Below are positions 54,673 through 64,000 of a DNA stretch of 64,000 bases, piece after piece. Both the position numbers and the translations under genes were made by a program. The stretch lies in the NCBI RefSeq assembly GCF_009914755.1, contig NC_060936.1. One strand, given 5' to 3'. Under the pieces are notes generated by a model, which saw only the letters and a program-made list of their open reading frames with translations, searched no databases and was not told the DNA's origin. Position 1 is the stretch's first letter, and each line of letters starts with the position of its first letter. Source of the DNA: the human T2T-CHM13v2.0 reference genome, Homo sapiens.

Positions 54673-56759
54673 GTAAGTGGCCGTAAGCCAGAAAAGATGG
54701 CTATGTCCCTCCATTTAAAAATGTTCATTTTACAGAACAATGTGACCAACAGAAATTGGTAGGCTCGATGATTTAAAAAACTTGTAATTACACTCAGTGT
54801 TCTCTATGTGGAGGTGTTATGACTTATATCTCCTTTGTTTCTTTAAAAAATACTTGTAAAAATAATAGCTATATTGAAATTTAAATAGTGAAAAGGAGCT
54901 GTACCTCCTCCCTCCCCAATTCTACTTCTTTTCCCAGAAGTATTAATTGATTCTTGTCATTTCACACTTTTTTCTGTAAGTACACTTGTCTATGTGTGTA
55001 TGTAAAGCCCAAGTGGGACAATATTATACTTAACGTTCTACAAATTGCTTTTCGACCTAATGTATGTAATGTATCATTCCATGCTAGCCAATGTAAACCT
55101 CCTTCATTCTATTTATTACTGTACTGCCCTTTATATAACCATTTTATACTTTTCTTTCTTTCTTCTTTAAGCACTATGGACTGTGCTTTGCTAATATTCT
55201 GAAGATACTTGTATTAGTTAATTAAGGAGATGGAAACAGCTCTTCTTCTTGTGGTGGGGAAATGAATATTTACCTTTATTAATCTAGTTCTACTTTTAAG
55301 TGATTTATGAATGATTGTTGATGGCGTTGTAGAGTTTTATAGCCCTCTGTCAAATATGTCCTCAGTTCTTACAGTGATATATTTTTGTATAAATGTGTGT
55401 GTCTATAGCAATACAACCATAAGAGCTATGCCTGCACATGCACGCACACTCACATATGCAGATTTATTTATTTCAAGTAGACAGTTCAGATGGCCAAGCT
55501 CAGAAGTGGATACCATTCTGACATGTATCTGTCTTTTGTGACAATGGCATCCTAACAGATATAGTGTGCAGATGCTGAGCTTTTAGAATATTCTACCATC
55601 CTACAATAATTGCTACATGCTTTTAGTCATATTAACAACAGCATCTTTAGCTTCCTATGTGCCGAAACCCTTTTACTATTCAGAGACAGCTATTTTTAAA
55701 ATTTCAGAATTTGCTTGCAGCCTTATTCTCTGCAAGATCTTCCCATCTATTTCAACTGTGTCAAACTATGATAAAAACAGAAGAAAACAAGGATAGACTA
55801 TACATGTCACTCATGTTGGCTGAGAAATAAGCTGAGAGAGCAAGAATTGGATGATGAAGGAATAAATGTAACATCATTTGAAAAAGAGCTCTTCTCTTTC
55901 AAGCTATATATAACTCTTCCATTGTAAACTAAGACTATTAATAACAATAATTATAATAATACCTTAGACTTCTCTAGTGCCATATAATTTACAGAGTCTT
56001 CCTTAGCTTTTAATTCCTTTCATCTTTTTGACAGTCTCATCAATTAGTCAGCACAGAGCTTATTATTTCCTCTCTACTTCCCCTTTCTGCAGTTATTTCT
56101 TGCTGCTCTTTCCACACCTGGTGCATCAGGGTCAGACACGTAGAAGACTTCCCAGCCTTGAACACTACCCACAAGGCATTATGTTTGGGCAACATGCTTG
56201 GTGATATGTTAGAATGTGGAAATTTGTGCTGAGGTTAACATCCCCTTAGGAGAATACAAATCATCAAAAAGCTCTGGTCAGATAACTTAGAATGATTGAA
56301 GTCATGCTGCATTTTTGAAATAGAGACCTGTGACTATTAAAAATGGATAGCATGGATTAATTCCAAAGATTTATTCTCAGTTATACCATAGAGTCATTTG
56401 CATTCCATCCATTTCTCTAGTAAATTAGCCACTGATAATCATAATTATGACCCTTAGGTACAATAAGACAATGAAATGCCTCCTGAATTATTAAAAAGTA
56501 TTAATTTATGTCTACTCTATATGCAGTTTTTGAGTATTTTACTGCATTTCCACTCACTGAAAATTGGTTACCTGTACATATGATAGATACATAAGATTAA
56601 ATTTTACTCATGGTAATATTTCATTAGAAGAAATTCCTATTCCTAGTGTTAAGCAAATGTGGTTATGTTATACACAGATTTCCTCTAGATTTCTGTTTGA
56701 TATCCATGATCTTGACTGACTTGCTTGTTAGCTTTAGGTAATTACTTAAGAAAAATAAT

Positions 56760-56960
56760 GCCAAGCATCTGCCTGATAATTTGTTATGAGCCGACATTGT
56801 CACATACATTATTTTATTTATTATATGAGCCCCCAAAGGCATTATTACCAGCATTTTATAAAATAAGCCTCAGGAAGCATAAACGGTTTGCTCAAAGCCA
56901 CATAGCTAATAAGTGGCAAAGAGGAGACACAGTTCCATCTGTCCAAGTCAAGAACTTTTT
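56760..56960 (-). mobile_element. MIR
   Basis: cattttataaaataagcctcagg...ttgctcaaagccacatagctaataagtggcaaag. Confidence 0.65.
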
Positions 56961-59286
56961 CCATCAAGGCGCAGCCATCTTGGAAACTAGTCTCTCAGCA
57001 TTTACATCAGGGCATTTCAGCAAGCCTTGGGCCTCTCCACATGTAGGCCCACCTGGCAGTGTGTCTTTTTAGAGCTTGTCCAAGCAGGTAATATCAGCCA
57101 ACAAGTCAGAGATCCAGAAAGCTTGTAATCCTGATTATCTGTGCAAAGGGATAATGTTTCCCATAATACATTGCATTCCATCAACTTGGAGATAGGTACG
57201 CAGAATGCATCCTTTTGTAGAGACTGCTTTATTTATTCTACAATACTAGCAAGACCATGATAGAGTAGGACCCTTTGTAATAGTCTTTTACCATAGGTAA
57301 GAATGGTAAGCTTTGAAAAAAAATACAGGTATAGACATTCTCCATTTACCTTGGATACAAAACAAGTTTTCCGCCTTTGTCTGATAAAAAGAACAGGCAG
57401 TGCCCACTCTAAAGAGGCAATGTGAAATAAGAGAGAACTCTGAATGGGCTTGATAATCACCTCTGGCTTTTTAAAAAAATTCTAATCAGAAATCTGTTTT
57501 TAAACAAGCTGCCCTAATGTGAATAAGTGACATGGCTACCTTGAACATGCTCCTATGAAAAGCAGCAAAAGCAGGTGAGGGCCATCTTTGAGGAAGACAG
57601 ACCTTTGCCATTAATATTAAATAATTATTTGTAAGAAACAAACGATGTCTGAAAGTAGGGCTGATCTAGAGAAATTGGAAACATTAGAGCAGGTTTCAAC
57701 TTTTTCATGAGATATTACTGATACTGAATGTAAATTTCGAACCAGAATAAAGCTGATAACAAAGCAATACTACATTCATTCATTCTGGAATATTAAATAG
57801 AAATGGCTTCTGTATATATTAAGCCACTTATAATTATTTCTGACATGTTGAGTGTACTGGGGACAGAGAGAATAGAGGGTGATTGGGAGAAACGAATTTT
57901 TAATGGGATGTCAGTCTTTAAAGATTTGAATGAGTGGTCCCAGAAATGATCATTCTTTAAGTATGACATTGCCATTTAATAAACGAACAGAGAAAATATT
58001 GAAAGGAATTCTGTCAACATTCTGGAACGACTGTAATTTTGCACAATCAAGCAAAATGACAAGATCAAGCTTGATGTCATGCTATACGACTTGTAATTGT
58101 GTGAAATTATAAAACTTATGAACAAAAGGGAATGAGAAATGTGTAGCATTGGCATTGGGAGCAGCAGGGAGATGCGGAGCCTGAGATTCCAGTTCCGTCC
58201 CCTCTGACCTTGCTGATATGCAAATTGTTTCATTATGTAAAAAATAGCAGGGGTGAAACAATCAAGGTTTCCTAAGAAAAGAATTTCCAGTTTCACCACA
58301 GAAAAGATAAGTTTTGCATTTGGAACATCTGAGAGCATCTGAAGTGTTGTCTCATTAAAATTTATGATCATCAGAATTAATTCACATTCATTTCTTTAAG
58401 AACCAAATCACCTGGGTTGGATTTGTGTGTGGAATCATAAAAAAAGGATAATGAGAAATGACAGCAGGTCTATGGAGTAGCCAATGAGAGACACTGGGTA
58501 GATGTGAGCTTTTTTAAACTTTCCATTTGATATTTGGAGATTATTTGTTAGACTTCGTATATGATATGAAATAAGGAGTATCCTTTCCAAAACTTAAGTT
58601 AAAAGATCTAAATGTCTTTAAAAGAGACCTAAACATGCAACAATAAGAAAAATGAAACTGCCACAAGAAAATAGGAATTTTGTAATTTGTTCAGAAAATC
58701 TGAAAAGCACGTTTGATGGACCTCAAGCAGCTGGGGTGGAGAGAGTGGGGTATGGAGTAGCAGTAGTAACAGCTGCAGCTAATAATGTTTGTTGAAGATA
58801 CTGGAGATAACGCTGTGACTGACACTGTGCTTAAGTAACTTAAAGATGCTCTCAGATAGAAAGTCTGAACATCAGATAACTTCCCCACATAGTTACTGCA
58901 TGAGTCCATTCCCTTGGCTAGGGAAGCCTCATCCTCTCCAATGAAACCAGGTTGCCATGTTTAGCTCCTCGCAGTCTTTGTTCTTCACATCCCCCGGTTG
59001 TCTGTGCCAGTAATTCACGGTTGAGGTTGCTGACGTCTCTTGCCAGTAGAAGTCATTTGTGTCTTTCCTTGTGTTTCCATTTTCCTCCTAATCAGTTAAT
59101 TGCTATGAAGAATTTATTTCTTCTCTAACACTTCAACCGTCTCCTTCTACCCCCACGGATTCTAATTCTAAAACTGCTGCTCACTCTGTGAGACTTTCGG
59201 CAGAAGGCTGTCTCTGGGACATGCCATCCCCATCTAGAGACCTGGAGACTGATGATAGCTATCCCATTTCAGGATGAAGGTTTTCT

Positions 59287-59508
59287 GGCCAGGCACAGTG
59301 GGTCACACATGTAATCCAGCGCTTTGGGAGGCTGAAGCGGGTGGATCACCTGAGGTCAGGAGTTCGAGATCAGCCTGGCCAACATGGCGAAACCCTGTCT
59401 CTACTAAAAATACAAAAATTAGCTGGTGGTGCATGCCTGTGATCCCAGCTACTCAGAAGGCTGAGGCAGAAGAATTGCTTGAACCTGGGAGGTGGAGGTT
59501 GCAGCGAG
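59287..59508 (+). mobile_element. AluSx-like, 3'-truncated (no tail)
   Basis: Intact left arm (gatcacctgaggtcaggagttcgag); the sequence stops at ggttgcagcgag. Confidence 0.93.
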
Positions 59509-60347
59509 GAACCTAGGTGGGTGCAGTTGGGATTCACATTGAGACACATTGATCGTGCCTTGTTTTCAGTCTACTCTCTTTGTCCCAGATGAGGCTACAC
59601 ACCAACCCCTTTATTCAAAACTTTAATTCTTGACCAAGGCACTACCTATATACATCAAGACTTTCTTTCTTTGAGGATTGCCAAAGAATATCTGGTCTCT
59701 GAGGTACTGGGAAATGAGGCAAAAGTGTCTCTCTTCACTGCTAGCTCCTTGGGGACCAGCAAGCGGCTCTCAAGTTGCGTGGTGGCCCAACTGGAAAAAA
59801 GGCAGTTCGGTGCATCCTGGGAATATCCAGGTGAAAGTGTGAGATTTACCTAGAATAGCTTCTGGGCCTCTGGGGTTTTCACGCTGTCTCTGGTGAAGGT
59901 GTCCATTTTAGAACTGAAGCAAAAAGGTTTCAATCCGTTCCGTTTTCTTTGTATAGCACTTACCCAGTAGCTCCATACAAGTGAGCACTCAGTAATTAAT
60001 TTTCTCCTAGTCCTTGCATTACACTTTCTTTGGGATGGAAATTTCTATTTTATGCTCCAGAATAGCCATTTCTAACTCACCCATATGGCCTCAAAGAGTT
60101 GGGACTTAAACATAAGCCTATAAGCACTCAGATTATTGAGAAGTATGCATAAAAAATGGACAAGCTGAAGATATGGACAATTTTACTGATGTTTAATTGC
60201 ACAATTGTTAAAATTGCATCACTGCCATCGAGGTCAATTTGACTTAAGTAACTCTGTTTAGAAATATGAATTATGATATAAAAACAATTAAGCAAGCAAT
60301 ACTTTTATGTTATTTAAAACCTTGCTGTATAGGAAAAGCTACTTTTA

Positions 60348-60860
<513 letters not shown>

Positions 60861-60939
60861 TTAATACTTTCACACTACAATGACAAATTTTAATTGTTAA
60901 TGCTTAGTTGCAGCTGAAGGCTAGTCTATATAAACTAAA

Positions 60940-61190
60940 TATAATAATAACAATAGTTCATATTTATCAAATGCTTGATATGTGTCATGCACTGGGGTAA
61001 GCATTTTATATGGATTAATTTATTTAATCTTCACAATCCTAAACTGTAGTACTATTTTCATTCCCATTTTATAGACAGTGGAACTAAGTCATAAGGAAAT
61101 AAAACAACTTGTCTAACTTGGAATAGGTAGCATCAGGATTTGACCTCAGTAGGCCTGATCCCATGAGGTTACATTTAGGTACATGCTCTA
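60940..61190 (-). mobile_element. MIR
   Basis: tttaatcttcacaa...ttcccattttatagacagtggaactaag. Confidence 0.75.
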
Positions 61191-61504
61191 TTCCTAGGCC
61201 CAATTTAATCATTTTTATTCTTACAGTTCCTTTCTTATGTGATAGTTTTCACATTTACAAACATCTTAAAATGTAAGTTTTGAAAGGTGTAAAGGAAATC
61301 CTGAATGAGATTTAGAAGAATGAGTGAGAAATAGAAGAATGAGCCTGGCGGACGGACAGAGTAGTTTACAGAGTAAAGCTCTAGTTCCAGGCATGTTAAT
61401 TCCACTCATATAGGAAGGAAAGAGCCAATGTAAAAACACCACTTTTTAATTTAAATCTCTATGCATAATGATATGCCAGTTTCAACACTGTGGCTAGGCC
61501 AAGC

Positions 61505-61770
61505 ACGGCACCATCTAAGAGAAAACAGACACTGGCGCCAGACTGCACAGATTCAAATCCATCTCTACCATTTACTAACTATGGGATCCAGGGCAAGTTA
61601 CTTGCTGTCTCTGTAATCCTGTTTCGTCATCTGTTAAATTGGGCTAATAGCATCTATCTTACAGGGTTGTTGGGGGATTAAATGAGTTTCTATACACAAA
61701 GCATTTAGGACAGTGCCTGGCACATAGTCAAGTATCATAAGGATGTTTGCTATTTCATTATCATCACCAC
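61505..61770 (+). mobile_element. MIR
   Basis: ccagactgcacagattcaaatcc...gggcaagttactt...cagtgcctggcacatagt. Confidence 0.85.
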
Positions 61771-63644
61771 CACCTCCACCGCCGTCATCATTATCTTCAT
61801 GTCACTAAAATATGTTTGGCAACAATTTTATATTTATATTTAGACATTCTCAGGGCTTTCATATAGAAAAAGAAGATACAAAATTCAACTTATCTTGGAT
61901 GAACTTTTCTAAACAAGGCAATTAGAGCAACTAGATTTCTTTTGTTTTATAATTTGAATGGTAATTTAAAAAACTAATCAGCCAGATGTTGTCATGACTC
62001 CATCTGAAGTTGGAAGTTTGCACCCAGCGAAAGGGGATTTGATGTATAAATTGCACAACTATCAAACTGCAACAGAGTGACTGAACACTTATCTTGAAAA
62101 TCTTAAGTTGGGATTGGCAAAAAAAGAAAAACAATGAGCTACTCCCATTTGCAAAGTCCAAGTGATTAGGGAAAATGGGTTTGAGTTTGACCTAATTAAT
62201 TTATTTTGGGGTGATGTTGATAGAAGTAAGTGTATGTCATAGATAACAGTTCTGATAGATTCCCACACAGTTAAACCTTTGCTTCTGCTTTCTTCGATGA
62301 ATCGAAATGCATGCACTCTGAAGCCCTCTGAGAGCATTCACAGGGGTAAGACAGGTTTTATTCCTCCAAAGCAATTTGGTCGAACTCTGCAGCTCACCTA
62401 TGGGGAAGGCTGGCAAAATTCCAAAGGTGATTAGTGTCGTTTCTATTATTTCACAGGGTGGAGTGTGTTTGAATGGATGGAAGGGAAAGTCTATAATTTC
62501 ATGGCTGTTAGTAGAACATTTCTGCTAAACCACTTTTTATCTAAAACATTCCAGATGAGTCGAGGGCACGGTACTGTCACCAGAATCGAATGCACCCATG
62601 GATGTTACTAAATCTTAACTAAACAAGTCAGAAAAATGTAAATATTTCCTCCAAAATGTTGATTACCTTTTAACCCGTTTGTGTGTGTGTGTGATCACAA
62701 TCATCTTTTTAATTATTTAAACTCTGTGGATTTCTCTATTAATATAAGATTAGCATTGCGAGCTTAACCTGGACCAGTTGGGAAGAGGTATTGCATTTTA
62801 AAATTGTGCCACCATTGTCTTGTTTAGGAAGAATGACTTGGGCAATACCAAATGTTGAGTTATCAAGTATTTCGATACCCATATGCATCATCTGCTGTAA
62901 GTGTAAGCATCTTCTCATTCTTATAGATTCTTTGAATTACATTATAAATGACTACCATGTCAATAGATTAGAACAACAATCGTGTCATGGCTTTTTTGTC
63001 GTCATGGGTCATTTTCATCAAATGTTCAGTAATTTCATTGCACTGTGTAATTAGGTGAAGAAACTCCACCCGAGCGTCCATGGGTCAGCTATGTGGACTC
63101 TAGCTGCCAAAGGCGCTTCTCCTTCTGAACAGAGCGCTTTGCTCAGCCAGTGTAGACATGGCCTGATAAACAATGGAACTTCTCCCTTGAGAACTGGAGT
63201 TTGGATTGATCTAATTCCTTAATTCAAAAATGTGCACAGGTTTGATGAGTGGTTAAGATGCCTGCCTTTTAGTGAAACAAGAGCTTAAATTGACAGTACT
63301 GTGAAGAATTCAGTAATTTATAATGAACTTGAAAGGCAGTAGCACTCACTGTTGCAAAAGCTAATCAAGGGACTATCAAATCAAAGTTTTTACATGAGCT
63401 TAAATATCTGTGACAGGGAGGTTGTTCGTGCAGGTTTATATCTGTCAGATCTTAACACTAAACCTGCCAGAGTGTAACATGGTCCTGTCACTTTTAACCA
63501 AGATGTCACATATATTGTGGGAAACACGCTGCTCTGCATTTTCTTTTCTAGGATTTTACTAGGAAAAGCAAATGTAAAATAAAGTTTTTTTGTTTATTTG
63601 TTTGCTTGTTGTTTTTTTTTTAACGCTACATTTTTATTTTGCAG

Positions 63645-63790
63645 ATTCTCAGGATGATGGAGTGAGTGATGGAATAGGTTGCCAACTGTAGTTACTCCAC
63701 TCAGCACAGAATGGCTGCGGGGAAATATAATCAGACATGCCCAAAGAAGTCTGCTTAGGGTGAAACAAATACCTTTGAGGTTTAAATCAG
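63645..63790 (+). other. Candidate internal non-coding/5'UTR exon (146 nt)
   Basis: Long T-rich tract with a branch-like tttaac, acceptor tttttattttgcag| and donor CAG|gtgtgt; the ATG-started frames checked are short. Confidence 0.45.
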
Positions 63791-64000
63791 GTGTGTAAAG
63801 AATATTGGAAACATGACTTGTTTTGTTTTTGTTTTTGCATTTGTGTTTGTCAAGAAAAGTAGAAAGGCTGATGCTTCTTGCCTGTTTTTCCAACTCTTTT
63901 AATGCTATAAAATGCACCCCAAATTTAACCCATTCTCTCTCCTAGGATTTGATATACCCAGTTTACTCCCTTGAAGGTCCTCTATCTCATCAAAGCTTTA

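Noticed and set aside
59880-59900. REST/RE1-like site (cgctgtctctggtg)
   Set aside because: Only about 13/21 matches, and the conserved GCTGA part is missing.

Overview
This window is primate (human-like) genomic DNA: AT-rich, CpG-poor and carrying AluJ, AluS and AluY elements. I find no convincing protein-coding gene. The ORF track is mostly Alu, L1 or low-complexity noise, and the only real homologies are decayed L1 ORF1 and ORF2 remnants. Bases 1-27 kb and 46-62 kb are a mosaic of Alu, MIR, L2, L1M, MaLR/ERV1 LTRs and DNA transposons (MER20, MER2, MER46C-like, Tigger2a, MER58A), with several nested insertions. Bases ~27-39 kb are almost free of recognisable repeats. They centre on a non-CpG-island, promoter-like segment (~33.4-37.7 kb) with a (TC)20/(CA)n microsatellite and several + strand splice donors, suggesting alternative first exons of a large gene or lncRNA that I cannot name. 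A probable downstream non-coding exon lies at 63645-63790. The most unusual sequence-level signals are: a ~190-bp local templated insertion inside a MER20; a tailless 5S rRNA retropseudogene with TSDs; an orphan MaLR-internal fragment inside an older LTR, next to a perfect hairpin; a fold-back truncated Alu; and a 232-bp pure-AT minisatellite. I cannot support a new biological system here. These are mostly DNA-repair and retroposition scars plus a candidate promoter cluster. Repeat family names come from recalled consensus sequences, not from a search, and boundaries of old repeats are approximate.
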